64,000 nucleotides of DNA from Spirochaetota bacterium (GCA_036821145.1 DAISJZ010000002.1:49432-113431), one strand, 5' to 3'. Shown: positions 38,869-48,388, numbered from the stretch's first letter. A program made the numbers and translations. The notes: generated by a model not told the origin, from the sequence alone.

Positions 38869-39764
38869 AAAAACTATTTATTTTTGCACTATTGCTATTA
38901 TCAACAAACCTCTACACAAAAGATTTTCATAAAACTGAAGAGATGATTAATAGTATCCTCAATGAGGAGAGTGAACCGGCATCAAAAGGTGAAAACAATC
39001 AAAAGGATTCTACACCTATCTCCGGCGAGACAACTGAGATAAATCAGAATGGAAATGAAAGCAAACCAGGTAATCAATCCGAAGAACAAACAGAAGAAAT
39101 CAGTAAAAAACCGGTTATGACCGGGAATGATGAGATACTATTAAAAACAGGGATCCAGTTATATGAAAGCGGTCTTTACGACAATTCATTGATTCGATTT
39201 AACGATATCATAAAGAACTTTCCGAATAGTAAGTTTATCGACAGTGCAAGAATGTGGGCCGGCAAAATCTATATACGAAAATATGATTATGATAACGCAC
39301 TAATTCAATTTAATAATGTAGGTGAAAAATCAGGTGAATACCCCGCTTCTCTGTTCTACAGAGGTGAGTCATTACGAATAAAGGGTGATTCAATTGGCGC
39401 AATTGAAAATTATCAGAAAGTTTCCTCCTCTTATCCCGAAAATGAAATTGCCGACAATGCGATACTGATTACAGGCAAACTATATTTAGCGAACGGCAAG
39501 GGATATCAGGCTTTAGAATCTGCTCTCCGTATAATACGCTATTATAAAAATACAGAATCTATTGATGATGCATATTATCTAATTGCAAAAATCTATGAAA
39601 AAGACCCGATACTAAAAGATATTGAACTCGCCAGAAAATTTTACAGAGTTTTTCTTAAAAAATCTGATTCAAAACAGAAGTTTTTTAGCGATTCGCCCCT
39701 GATAGGTATTGTTAAAAAAGATCTTGAGTTTCTTGATAAAACATATTTCAAACTTGAACGTTAA
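38865..39764 (+). CDS. Secreted TPR protein (YbgF/CpoB-like repeats)
   Basis: GTG start overlapping the previous TGA (GTGA). Signal peptide KKLFIFALLLLSTNLYT. TPR blocks: LLKTGIQLYESGLYDNSLIRFNDIIKNFPNSKFIDSARMWAGKIY... Confidence 0.7.
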   Translation: MKKLFIFALLLLSTNLYTKDFHKTEEMINSILNEESEPASKGENNQKDSTPISGETTEINQNGNESKPGNQSEEQTEEISKKPVMTGNDEILLKTGIQLYESGLYDNSLIRFNDIIKNFPNSKFIDSARMWAGKIYIRKYDYDNALIQFNNVGEKSGEYPASLFYRGESLRIKGDSIGAIENYQKVSSSYPENEIADNAILITGKLYLANGKGYQALESALRIIRYYKNTESIDDAYYLIAKIYEKDPILKDIELARKFYRVFLKKSDSKQKFFSDSPLIGIVKKDLEFLDKTYFKLER

Positions 39765-39813
39765 CTCTTCTTTTATTTGTTTTTACCTCATACCGGCTGC
39801 AGACCTTTTTTAA

Positions 39814-39842
39814 TTGACACATATTAATAATTCAAATATTAT
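39814..39842 (+). promoter_or_regulatory. Candidate sigma70-type promoter (TTGACA-N17-TATTAT)
   Basis: TTGACA at 39814-39819 and TATTAT at 39837-39842, 37 nt upstream of the DtxR-like ATG. Confidence 0.45.
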
Positions 39843-39878
39843 ATATATAAATTAAAAACTATAACTGACCGGTATTAT

Positions 39879-40352
39879 ATGATAGATATATATTCAATAG
39901 ATCTCGATAAACTTTATGGTGACACAGAACTGACTCCACACATGGAAGATTATATTGAGACAATCGCAATACTATCAAGAAACAACCGCGTTGTACGCGT
40001 TAAAGATATTGCTGCTGAACTTAAGATAAAGATGCCCAGTGTCACTTCTGCTTTGAATAAACTTAAGGATCTGGGTTTAATTGACTATGAAAAATATGGA
40101 TATATTGAACTGACTAAAGCCGGAAGTATTATCTCTGACAGGGTTCTCAGCAGACATATCTGTCTTACTGAATTTTTCACAAAGGTTTTAAAAGTACCCG
40201 AAAACAGAGCTGAAAAAGAAGCCTGCATTATAGAACACCACATAACACCCGATGTTTGTAAAAGAATCCACAAATTTCTTATTTATTACAAAAAATCTGA
40301 AGAAACCGGGAAAGAATGGATTACTGAACTTAATAAAGTTCTCTCTAAATAA
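39879..40352 (+). CDS. DtxR/MntR family metal-dependent transcriptional repressor
   Basis: MEDYIETIAILSRNNRVVRVKDIAAELKIKMPSVTSALNKLKDLGLI...SRHICLTEFF...EACIIEHHI is the typical DtxR N-terminal HTH plus dimerisation domain. Confidence 0.88.
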   Translation: MIDIYSIDLDKLYGDTELTPHMEDYIETIAILSRNNRVVRVKDIAAELKIKMPSVTSALNKLKDLGLIDYEKYGYIELTKAGSIISDRVLSRHICLTEFFTKVLKVPENRAEKEACIIEHHITPDVCKRIHKFLIYYKKSEETGKEWITELNKVLSK

Positions 40353-40358
40353 AAAATA

Positions 40359-40380
40359 GCCCGCATTTTTTAATACGGGC
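40359..40380 (-). terminator. Rho-independent terminator for the EF-G gene (9-bp stem with 1 mismatch, U-tract on the minus strand)
   Basis: gcccgcatt-tttt-aatacgggc. On the minus strand the hairpin is followed by tatttttta. It lies 33 nt downstream of the fusA-like stop. Confidence 0.6.
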
Positions 40381-40412
40381 CACTAGGGGGAATAATCTTT
40401 TTGAAAGATTGC

Positions 40413-42488
40413 TTATTTATTCTCTTTCTTCTTATCTTCTATCTTCTTAAGAACTTTTTCCTGAACATCTTTCGGAAGAGGAGTATATTTATGGAATTCC
40501 ATTGAATAATTTGCCCTGCCGCTTGTAATATTTCTTAACTGCGTAGCATATCCGAACATCTCCATCAGAGGGACAAAACCGTTCAGTTTCTGGGCACCCT
40601 TCCTGTATCTTCTCATTGATTCGATTTTACCTCTTCGCCGATTAATATCACCAATTACATCACCGATATAATCATCAGGTGTATTAACTTCAAGCTTCAT
40701 AACCGGTTCAAGAAGTATCGGATTAGATTTAAGAAATGCCTGTTTGAACGCGACTGCAGCACATATTCTGAAAGCCATATCTGAAGAGTCGACATCGTGG
40801 TAGGTTCCATCAATTAAAACCGCCTTTACATCTACCACAGGAAATCCGGCAATAACACCTTCAGTCATTACAGATTCAATACCTTTCTGTACTGATGGAA
40901 TATATTCAGCCGGTATAGCTCCACCTTTAATGTGATCTATAAACTCAAAACCTTTACCGTCATTCGGCTCTATCCTCATAACGACATGCGCATATTGTCC
41001 CTTACCGCCGGATTGTTTAGCATGTTTGTAATTTACTTCATGCTCAGTTGTAATTGTTTCCCTGAATGCAACAGAGGGTTCACCGACCTGCGCTTCAACA
41101 CCAAACTCATGCTTCAGCCTGTCGATAATTATTTCGAGGTGAAGTTCACCCATACCTGAAATAATAGTCTCATTTGTTTCTTCATCATACCTTACATTGA
41201 ATGATGGATCTTCCATAGATAACTTTCTAAGGGCAGCTCCAAGTTTTTCATCCTCTTTCTTTGTAGGAGGAGTCACTTTTAATTCAATAACTGAAGGCGG
41301 TATAAATATATTCTCAAGATGGAGCGGCTGTGACGGGTCACAAAGAGTATCACCCGTTTTGGTGTACTTCATACCAATTAGAGCAACGATATCTCCGGGC
41401 CCTGCAGTATCAACTTCTTCCCTTTCATTAGCGTGAATTCTTAAAATCCTGCCGATTCTTTCTTCTTTATCCTTAGTAGAATTGTAAACCTGCATACCTG
41501 TTTTTAATTCACCGGAATAAATTCTGATAAAAGTCTGCTGCCCGACATAGGGATCATGTATCAGTTTGAATGCCAGAGCAGCAAAAGGATCTTTTTTGCT
41601 GGGGTGGCGGGTGTGGGTTTTTTCAGGAGCATCAACATCTGTTCCAACTACAGCTCCAACGTCAGTAGGTGATGGGAGATAATCAACTATTGCATCAAGA
41701 AGAAGATGAACACCTTTATTTTTATACGAAGAACCGCAGAAAACAGGAGTAATCATCATTTTAATTGTTGCTTCACGTGCCACTTTCTTTAATTTTTCAT
41801 TATCTACATCTTTCCCATCAAGAAATAATTCCATTATCTCTTCATCATAATCAGCAAGCTTTTCTATAACGTTCTGTCTTGCTTCAAGAACTTTATCCTT
41901 AAATTCATCAGGAATTGCGATTTCCTTCTTTTCATAACCTTCAAAGATATACGCTTTATTCTCGATTACATCTATTGAACCGGTAAATGTGTCTTCTGCT
42001 CCCATAGGGACATGAAATGCAACCGGATTCGCATCAAGATACTTATCCATCTGGCCGATAACTTCACTAAAATCAGCTCCGATTCTATCCATTTTATTTA
42101 CGAAAGCAATCCTTGGCACCCTGTATCTGTCAGCCTGATTCCAGACCGTTTCACTTTGAGGCTCAACTCCGGAAACAGCGCAGAAAAGCGCCACCATTCC
42201 ATCAATGACCCTTAGCGAACGTTCGACTTCAACTGTAAAGTCAACGTGACCGGGAGTATCTATGATATTAATAGCATAATCATTCCATCTACAGGAAATC
42301 GCAGCAGAAGCAATAGTTATACCTCTTTCCTGTTCCTGTTTCATAAAGTCCATTGTTGCAGCACCGTCGTGAACTTCTCCCAACTTACGAGTAACACCGG
42401 TGAAAAACAGAAGCCTTTCAGTTGTAGTTGTTTTTCCTGCGTCAATATGCGCAGCAATACCGATATTTCTTAATTTCTGTAATGGCAT
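40413..42488 (-). CDS. fusA: Elongation factor G (stand-alone paralog, outside any str operon context)
   Basis: [34 protein letters not shown] and full domains II-V (691 aa). Confidence 0.95.
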   Translation of the reverse strand: MPLQKLRNIGIAAHIDAGKTTTTERLLFFTGVTRKLGEVHDGAATMDFMKQEQERGITIASAAISCRWNDYAINIIDTPGHVDFTVEVERSLRVIDGMVALFCAVSGVEPQSETVWNQADRYRVPRIAFVNKMDRIGADFSEVIGQMDKYLDANPVAFHVPMGAEDTFTGSIDVIENKAYIFEGYEKKEIAIPDEFKDKVLEARQNVIEKLADYDEEIMELFLDGKDVDNEKLKKVAREATIKMMITPVFCGSSYKNKGVHLLLDAIVDYLPSPTDVGAVVGTDVDAPEKTHTRHPSKKDPFAALAFKLIHDPYVGQQTFIRIYSGELKTGMQVYNSTKDKEERIGRILRIHANEREEVDTAGPGDIVALIGMKYTKTGDTLCDPSQPLHLENIFIPPSVIELKVTPPTKKEDEKLGAALRKLSMEDPSFNVRYDEETNETIISGMGELHLEIIIDRLKHEFGVEAQVGEPSVAFRETITTEHEVNYKHAKQSGGKGQYAHVVMRIEPNDGKGFEFIDHIKGGAIPAEYIPSVQKGIESVMTEGVIAGFPVVDVKAVLIDGTYHDVDSSDMAFRICAAVAFKQAFLKSNPILLEPVMKLEVNTPDDYIGDVIGDINRRRGKIESMRRYRKGAQKLNGFVPLMEMFGYATQLRNITSGRANYSMEFHKYTPLPKDVQEKVLKKIEDKKKENK

Positions 42489-42686
42489 ATATACCTCACA
42501 ATATTGTTTCTCATTGTTTAATTTAACGTAGAAGTTATTAACTATTCAGCCAGTACTTATGCAGATACGAAAAGAATTACGTATTTATGCTGGATAATAG
42601 TGATAAAAAAATAATAAACAAATTATAAATAAACAACTGGAATTAGAAGGGCATAATTTAATCTGGTTGGATATTTGTCAATATTT

Positions 42687-43187
42687 TTATTCATTTTCCA
42701 TTCTTAATAACTCAAGCTGTATTTCTGAATTATATGCAGCCGATGTTCCGGGATGATTAGCCAGAATATATTTAAAAATAGTTTCTGCTTTTATATCAAA
42801 ACCCATCTTTTTATAGCATATCCCCGCCTGAAAATAAGCATCAAGACCTTCTTCAGTACCGCTGAATTCCTGATATAACCTGCTGTAAGCTTCAATCGCC
42901 TTCTGGTAATTAAAATTTTTTATATGAATCTCTGCTATTTTTCTGAGGGCTTCACTCCTGTGTATACCGTCATAATATATTTCTAAATATTCATAAAACT
43001 CATTTAATGCCCTGTCGTATTTTTCAAGTTTATAGAAGCCCAGTGCATTAACAAATTTCATGTCATCAGCAGCCTTTTTAACATCTGCCGCTCCTGATAT
43101 TTCTTCAGCATAAGTATAAAAGCTGACATTCAGGAAAATCATTATTAGAAATGATATGATAACTGCTTTCTTCATATTATGTCTCAT
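42687..43187 (-). CDS. Secreted TPR protein
   Basis: Signal peptide KKAVIISFLIMIFLNVSFYTYA. TPR helices: FVNALGFYKLEKYDRALNEFYEYLEIY, NYQKAIEAYSRLYQEF, AYFQAGICYKKMG. Confidence 0.7.
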   Translation of the reverse strand: MRHNMKKAVIISFLIMIFLNVSFYTYAEEISGAADVKKAADDMKFVNALGFYKLEKYDRALNEFYEYLEIYYDGIHRSEALRKIAEIHIKNFNYQKAIEAYSRLYQEFSGTEEGLDAYFQAGICYKKMGFDIKAETIFKYILANHPGTSAAYNSEIQLELLRMENE

Positions 43188-43336
43188 ATTTTCTTTTAAT
43201 TAAAAAATTGCAACAAAAATTTATTTATTAAAGTTAAGGAAAAAAATGGACTTTAAATTACAGTATTTTTATTTTGGAATATATAATAAATATTCAAACA
43301 TACAGATGATGAACATCATTTAAGTGAGATAAGTAC

Positions 43337-43366
43337 TTGACATCAGCAAAAAACAGGATATATTAA
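43337..43366 (+). promoter_or_regulatory. Candidate sigma70-type promoter (TTGACA-N17-ATATTA / N18-TATTAA) ending ~9 nt before the ATG
   Basis: TTGACA at 43337-43342 and ATATTA at 43360-43365. The ORF's ATG is at 43375 with no SD. Confidence 0.4.
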
Positions 43367-43374
43367 CATAAATT

Positions 43375-43761
43375 ATGATTCCGGTAAGCAAACAAATGAA
43401 TAGAATTGTTATTGTTGAAGACGATATAGTTATTCGTGAGAGCCTTAAAGAAATACTCGAAATGAACAACTATGAAGTAATGGCAATTGACAGCTGTCTT
43501 GACCTTATGAAAAAGGTCAATGAATTTAAACCTGATGTACTCATTACCGATATTATTATGCCGGATAAAGACGGGATTGAGATTATAATTGAAACAAAAA
43601 AAGTGCTTCCAAACATCATACTTATAGCAATATCTGGAGGCGGAAGAATTGATTCTGAAAGCTATCTTAATACTGCTAAATATTTAGGAGCCGATGCTAC
43701 TTTAAAGAAACCTTTTACACATAAGGAGCTTCTTGACTGTATAGCCAACCTGGTTAAATAA
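43375..43761 (+). CDS. Single-domain response regulator (CheY-like receiver)
   Basis: IVIVEDD, DVLITDIIMPDKDGIE, IAISGGG and LKKPF are canonical receiver motifs. Confidence 0.88.
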   Translation: MIPVSKQMNRIVIVEDDIVIRESLKEILEMNNYEVMAIDSCLDLMKKVNEFKPDVLITDIIMPDKDGIEIIIETKKVLPNIILIAISGGGRIDSESYLNTAKYLGADATLKKPFTHKELLDCIANLVK

Positions 43762-44253
43762 GTGGAGCCATTCATTGTTAAAATTAATGGATTAAATGAA
43801 ATTTATTCCTTTGCAGATATAATAAAAAAATCTTTCATAACAGTCGCTGACCAATATAGTCTTACCGAAGAGAATTCACCAACAAATCCCGCCTTCACCA
43901 CTCTGGAAAATTTAAAAGTAATTGCGTCTAAGTCTGAATGTTTCGGAGTATATTTAAACAATAATCCCTGTGGCTTTTTTGCTCTTGAGTTTACCAATGA
44001 GCGTAAAACAGTTTATCTGGAAAGAGTATGCATTCTCCCTGAACTTAGACACAACGGTTTTGGAAAATCAATACTTACTTTTGCCGAAAACTACTGTAAA
44101 AACCATGATGTTGAAACAATATCAATTGGCGTTATGAATCAAAATACAGTGTTAAAGAAATGGAACCAGCAGCATGGATATGATGAGATTTTAATTAAGA
44201 AGTTTCCTCACCTTGAATTCGAAGTATGCTTTCTTGAAAATAGATTAAAATAG
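43762..44253 (+). CDS. GNAT family N-acetyltransferase
   Basis: VCILPELRHNGFGKSIL is acetyl-CoA-binding motif A. The GTG start directly abuts the response-regulator stop (TAAGTG). Confidence 0.75.
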   Translation: MEPFIVKINGLNEIYSFADIIKKSFITVADQYSLTEENSPTNPAFTTLENLKVIASKSECFGVYLNNNPCGFFALEFTNERKTVYLERVCILPELRHNGFGKSILTFAENYCKNHDVETISIGVMNQNTVLKKWNQQHGYDEILIKKFPHLEFEVCFLENRLK

Positions 44254-44287
44254 TTGCCAAAAATCTGATTTTAAAAAAAATTATACA

Positions 44288-44725
44288 ATGATTCCTGTTA
44301 TAATCAGAAAAGCTGTATTTACAGATCTGCAACAGGTTTGTGAAATTGAGGCTGAAAGCATAAAATCCTGGACATATAATCAATTCGCTGAAGAGCTCGG
44401 CAGAACGTTTTCCTGTTTTATTGTAGCTGAACAATCCGGCTTAATCACCGGCTACGCTATTGCATGGATTATTGCCGGAGAACTGCAAATCAACAGCATA
44501 GCAGTCAAAAACAATTACAAAAGACTGGGACTGGGAAGAATGATGCTTGATTACCTGATAAACAGCAACAGTTCTGAAAAAATATCAGCTATATATATAG
44601 ATGTACGTAAAAACAATACTAATGCTTTAAACTTTTATAAATCATCCGGCTTTATTGAAACAGGTTTACGAAAAAATTATTATGGTGATGATGACGCTAT
44701 ACTGATGGAGAAAAAAATAACATGA
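44288..44725 (+). CDS. rimI: Ribosomal-protein-alanine N-acetyltransferase
   Basis: 145 aa. IRKAVFTDLQQVCEIEAES, INSIAVKNNYKRLGLGRMML and NALNFYKSSGF fit RimI-type GNATs. Confidence 0.75.
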   Translation: MIPVIIRKAVFTDLQQVCEIEAESIKSWTYNQFAEELGRTFSCFIVAEQSGLITGYAIAWIIAGELQINSIAVKNNYKRLGLGRMMLDYLINSNSSEKISAIYIDVRKNNTNALNFYKSSGFIETGLRKNYYGDDDAILMEKKIT

Positions 44726-45303
44726 ACATAAAAAAAGCAAATTTCCTTACAAGCTGCGTGAAAAGCTCACAGTTCCCCTCTTTTTCTTATCCGGAATTTG
44801 CTTTCTTCGGCAGATCTAATGTCGGTAAATCGTCATTATTAAATATGCTTTTAGGACAGAAAGGTCTTGTTAAAACCGGGGCAAGGCCGGGAGTCACACA
44901 GACTATTAATTTTTTTATTGTTAATGATAATCGCTCTTTTGCTGATCTTCCCGGCATCGGATATGCCAAACTGCCAATGAGTCTGAAAAAGAAATTTATG
45001 CCGATGATCAGGGAATATATTACAACTCGTGACAACCTGAAGCTGGCCTTTGTATTGATTGATTCGAGAAGAACTCCCGGAGATTATGAACATGATCTAA
45101 TCAGCCTTCTGATAGATAACAAAATACCTGTTGCTATCACACTCACAAAATGCGATAAGCTTTCAAAAAATGAACTTGCAAAAAGCATCGCTGAAATCAG
45201 CAGAATACTTGAGATAGGAAAAGAATCAATATTTGTTACTTCATCAAAAACAAATACAGGGAGAAAGGAACTTCTTTCTCTAATTGATGATTTTTCAAAA
45301 TAA
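44722..45303 (+). CDS. engB: Ribosome biogenesis GTP-binding protein YihA/YsxC (EngB)
   Basis: EFAFFGRSNVGKSSLLN (G1), DLPGIGYA (G3), LTKCDK (G4). ATGA overlap with rimI. Confidence 0.92.
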   Translation: MNIKKANFLTSCVKSSQFPSFSYPEFAFFGRSNVGKSSLLNMLLGQKGLVKTGARPGVTQTINFFIVNDNRSFADLPGIGYAKLPMSLKKKFMPMIREYITTRDNLKLAFVLIDSRRTPGDYEHDLISLLIDNKIPVAITLTKCDKLSKNELAKSIAEISRILEIGKESIFVTSSKTNTGRKELLSLIDDFSK

Positions 45304-45313
45304 TAAGATCGAT

Positions 45314-45907
45314 TTACAATTGGGTCATTAAATACATTATACGGCTCGCCTTCTCTTTCGGGAAAAGTGTAATAAGATACGCTGTTATACTCATCCTTCC
45401 AGCTGCTGCTGAATCTGTGTCCATCTGTCTCAAGACATCAATAATCAGGGGCTCATCCCAGTTAACCATTATTTTAACCGATTCTTCCGGAGGCATATTG
45501 GCCATTTTATTAGCAAGAACCTGAACATTCTTTCTGTAACCTGAATTTTTATTCTTTTCATCCTCAAGTTTTTTCTTTTCAAGTTCAAGACCGCTTCTTA
45601 CCTGGGAGAGTTTATCTTTTTCAGATTCCAGTTCTTTTTCACGCTCAGCAATAAGAGCCTCTCTTTTATCAAGCTCTTCAATACGTTCAAGAATTTTATC
45701 TTTTTCTTTTTCAAACTCCTCTTTTTCAACCAAAGAAGGCTCATCGCCGGATGCATCAACAACCAGAGAAGGTTCACCCTGAAAATCTTTCGTGTATTTT
45801 GAAATATTAATAAGATTAATATAATCAAGCCAGAATATACCAAGCCCGGCAAGAAAGACTATAAGTATTAAAAGGTATATTATCTTGGATCTATCAGAAA
45901 CAGCCAT
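45314..45907 (-). CDS. flbB: FlbB/YlxF-like flagellar protein (N-terminal TM, coiled coil, MgtE_N/MotE-like C-terminus)
   Basis: TM IIYLLILIVFLAGLGIFWL, an E/K coiled coil, then MPPEESVKIMVNWDEPLIIDVLRQMD...FPKEKASRIMYLM. It is the last gene of the flagellar operon, in the position held by flbB (Borrelia) and ylxF (Bacillus). Confidence 0.65.
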   Translation of the reverse strand: MAVSDRSKIIYLLILIVFLAGLGIFWLDYINLINISKYTKDFQGEPSLVVDASGDEPSLVEKEEFEKEKDKILERIEELDKREALIAEREKELESEKDKLSQVRSGLELEKKKLEDEKNKNSGYRKNVQVLANKMANMPPEESVKIMVNWDEPLIIDVLRQMDTDSAAAGRMSITAYLITLFPKEKASRIMYLMTQL

Positions 45908-45926
45908 GACTTATCACTCCACAAAA

Positions 45927-46517
45927 TTATTTACTAACTTTACCATCATCAGATACATAAAAATCAATAACTGTGCGAACATAATCCTTTGTCTCTTTAA
46001 AATCCGGAACCCCGCCTGCCCGATCTACATTCCCTTTGCCGGCATTATAAGCGGCAAGAGCCATACGATAATCACCCTTGTAATTTTCGAGCAGGTCTTT
46101 GAGGAGCGTAACGCCTCCTTTAATATTCTGTTCAGGATCAAAAGGATTCTCTATTCCAAGCCCCATTGCAGTTTCAGGCATTAACTGCATAAGACCCATT
46201 GCGCCTTTTGGTGACATCGCATTTACATTATAATCCGATTCAGCCTTTATAACCGATCTCACAAGACCTGCGGGTATATTTTTTTTTGATGCATAATAAT
46301 TAACGATTCTATCAATATCACTCTTTGTCAATTCAGCATCAGGATCAATATTAAGATCTTTTTTCATTATACCAACGGCATTATCAGTCATCTGCCCGAA
46401 CGTCTGGCCGGAAACCGGTTCATTAGGAGGCAATTGTTCCTGCGTTTTTCTTTTGAGACCGAATTTACCTTTAATTTCATTTATACGAGCCATAACATTA
46501 TACATATCATCAATCAT
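45927..46517 (-). CDS. SLT-domain lytic transglycosylase encoded inside the flagellar operon
   Basis: Family-1 LT motifs IKAESDYN (catalytic E-S), GAMGLMQLMP and AAYNAG. No N-terminal signal peptide (MIDDMYNVMARINEIKGKFGLKRK...). Confidence 0.85.
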   Translation of the reverse strand: MIDDMYNVMARINEIKGKFGLKRKTQEQLPPNEPVSGQTFGQMTDNAVGIMKKDLNIDPDAELTKSDIDRIVNYYASKKNIPAGLVRSVIKAESDYNVNAMSPKGAMGLMQLMPETAMGLGIENPFDPEQNIKGGVTLLKDLLENYKGDYRMALAAYNAGKGNVDRAGGVPDFKETKDYVRTVIDFYVSDDGKVSK

Positions 46518-46527
46518 AAAAATAACC

Positions 46528-46977
46528 TCACATTAACTTTTTATGATATATCTTCTGGTTCATATCATCATTCTCTTTAGCGATCTCTTTATTTAATTCG
46601 TAGTTGTATTCTTCGAATTTTCTTTCCTTAAGTTTCTCTACAATTTTTTTATCACGGGATGCAATAATTAATCTTTCCCTTATTTTCCGTGCTTCAGGCT
46701 CAAGTTTTTCAATTCTGAGCTCTGCTTCATTAATCGCCCTACGGGAAACATCAGCAAACCGCAATACTGCAAGTGCGTCTTCCGGCCTACACACTCCCTT
46801 TTTCTGCATTTCGCGATGACGTGATTCGTAATACTGTATTTTATTTCGCAGTTCATCCTGAAAAACACGTTCTTTATTCTGTTGGGCCAGAACTTTCATA
46901 AGTTCATTTTTTATCTCATTTTCACGAGCTTCCCTGATATCAAGAAGTTTCTGTAGTCTGAATTGAAATTTTTTCAT
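46528..46977 (-). CDS. fliJ: Flagellar export chaperone/stalk protein FliJ
   Basis: 149-aa all-helical protein. MKKFQFRLQKLLDIRE... is the typical FliJ N-terminus. It sits directly after fliI. Confidence 0.85.
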   Translation of the reverse strand: MKKFQFRLQKLLDIREARENEIKNELMKVLAQQNKERVFQDELRNKIQYYESRHREMQKKGVCRPEDALAVLRFADVSRRAINEAELRIEKLEPEARKIRERLIIASRDKKIVEKLKERKFEEYNYELNKEIAKENDDMNQKIYHKKLM

Positions 46978-46984
46978 AATATGT

Positions 46985-48388
46985 TTATCTCACAACCTGA
47001 GCGAAAGCCGGCGGTTTAACCTGCTGCTGAACAGTTCGACCTTTTTTCTCTTCAGGTATCATCATAGATATTATTTTATCTCTTATGGGTGTAAGATTAT
47101 CTTTTTCATAAATATCCTGTTTAAGAAAATCATTCATGACAGGGATCATACTTATAGCGCGATCAACAACCGGATTAGCACCGCGCACATATCCCCCCAA
47201 ATTGATAAGATCTTCAGCATCAGTATATGCGGCAAGCAGTTCCCTGAATTTAAGTGCAGCCTGAAGATGTTTGGAATCCACAACATCCTTCATACAACGG
47301 GAAACTGATGCCAGTACATTTACAGCCGGATAATGACCTTTATTTGCAAACTTACGATCAAGCACAATATGTCCATCCAGAATACCCCTTGCCGCATCTG
47401 CAATAGGTTCATTCATGTCGTCACCTTCGACGAGTACTGTATAAAAACCGGTAATACTACCGCCGGTATTGCTCGTACCTGCCCGCTCAAGGAGTCGCGG
47501 CATCATAGAAAATACTGACGGCGGATAACCCCGGGTTGCAGAGGGTTCGCCCGCAGCGAGACCTACTTCACGCTGTGCCATTGCAAACCTTGTAATTGAA
47601 TCAAGAAGAAGATTGACAGCCATACCCTGATCCCGGAAATATTCAGCTATAGCATGAGCAAGAAAAGCTCCACGAAGCCGGAGCATTGGAGGTTGATCGG
47701 ATGTAGCTGCAACAACAATGGAACGCTTTAGCCCTTCGGGCCCGAGTTCTTTCTCAACAAAATCCTTTACCTCACGTCCCCTTTCACCGATTAGAGCTAT
47801 TACGTTAACATCAGCATCTGTATATCTTGAAATCATGCCAAGTAACGTTGATTTGCCGACACCCGAACCGGAGAATATTCCAATTCTTTGACCACGCCCG
47901 ACCGTAATAAGTCCGTCAATAGCGCGTACACCGACTGACAGAGGTTCAGTTATTACTGTTCTGTTAAGAGGATTGATTTCTCGTCCTTCGACAGGATATT
48001 TAGTTCTGGCAAAAATTTCCCCTTTGCCGTCAAGAGGTTTCCCTATTCCGGAAATTACACGCCCGAGAAGTTCCCTGCCAACAGGGACCATTAGTGAAGT
48101 ACCCACAGCATATACTTCAGCACCGGGGACAACTCCTTTCATATCCCCGATAGGCATCAGGATAACCCTGTTTCTGTTGAATCCTACAACTTCGGTATAA
48201 AGATACTGACTCTCCCCGGTTTTAATTCTGCAGAGGTCTCCATATTTAACAGCTGGCCCAACGGATTCAATCGTTAATCCGACAATCCGCTCCACATGAC
48301 CGGTGAATTTAATTACTTCAACTTCGTCGATTATTTCCTTATACTTGGAAAGTATATCAACTTTTTCATGTGGCAGGATATTTATCAA
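46985..48388 (-). CDS. fliI: Flagellum-specific ATPase FliI
   Basis: Walker A GSGVGKSTLLGM and Walker B VNLLLDSITR, with F1-beta-like domains. TTG start with GAGGAG 8 nt upstream. Confidence 0.96.
   Translation of the reverse strand: MINILPHEKVDILSKYKEIIDEVEVIKFTGHVERIVGLTIESVGPAVKYGDLCRIKTGESQYLYTEVVGFNRNRVILMPIGDMKGVVPGAEVYAVGTSLMVPVGRELLGRVISGIGKPLDGKGEIFARTKYPVEGREINPLNRTVITEPLSVGVRAIDGLITVGRGQRIGIFSGSGVGKSTLLGMISRYTDADVNVIALIGERGREVKDFVEKELGPEGLKRSIVVAATSDQPPMLRLRGAFLAHAIAEYFRDQGMAVNLLLDSITRFAMAQREVGLAAGEPSATRGYPPSVFSMMPRLLERAGTSNTGGSITGFYTVLVEGDDMNEPIADAARGILDGHIVLDRKFANKGHYPAVNVLASVSRCMKDVVDSKHLQAALKFRELLAAYTDAEDLINLGGYVRGANPVVDRAISMIPVMNDFLKQDIYEKDNLTPIRDKIISMMIPEEKKGRTVQQQVKPPAFAQVVR

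Noticed and set aside
43246-43323. 25-aa ORF (MDFKLQYFYFGIYNKYSNIQMMNII) with AAGGA 5-6 nt upstream, in the spacer before the response-regulator operon.
   Set aside because: It lies upstream of the best promoter candidate. It is AT-driven in composition, very short, and I cannot assess conservation. The support is too weak to call.
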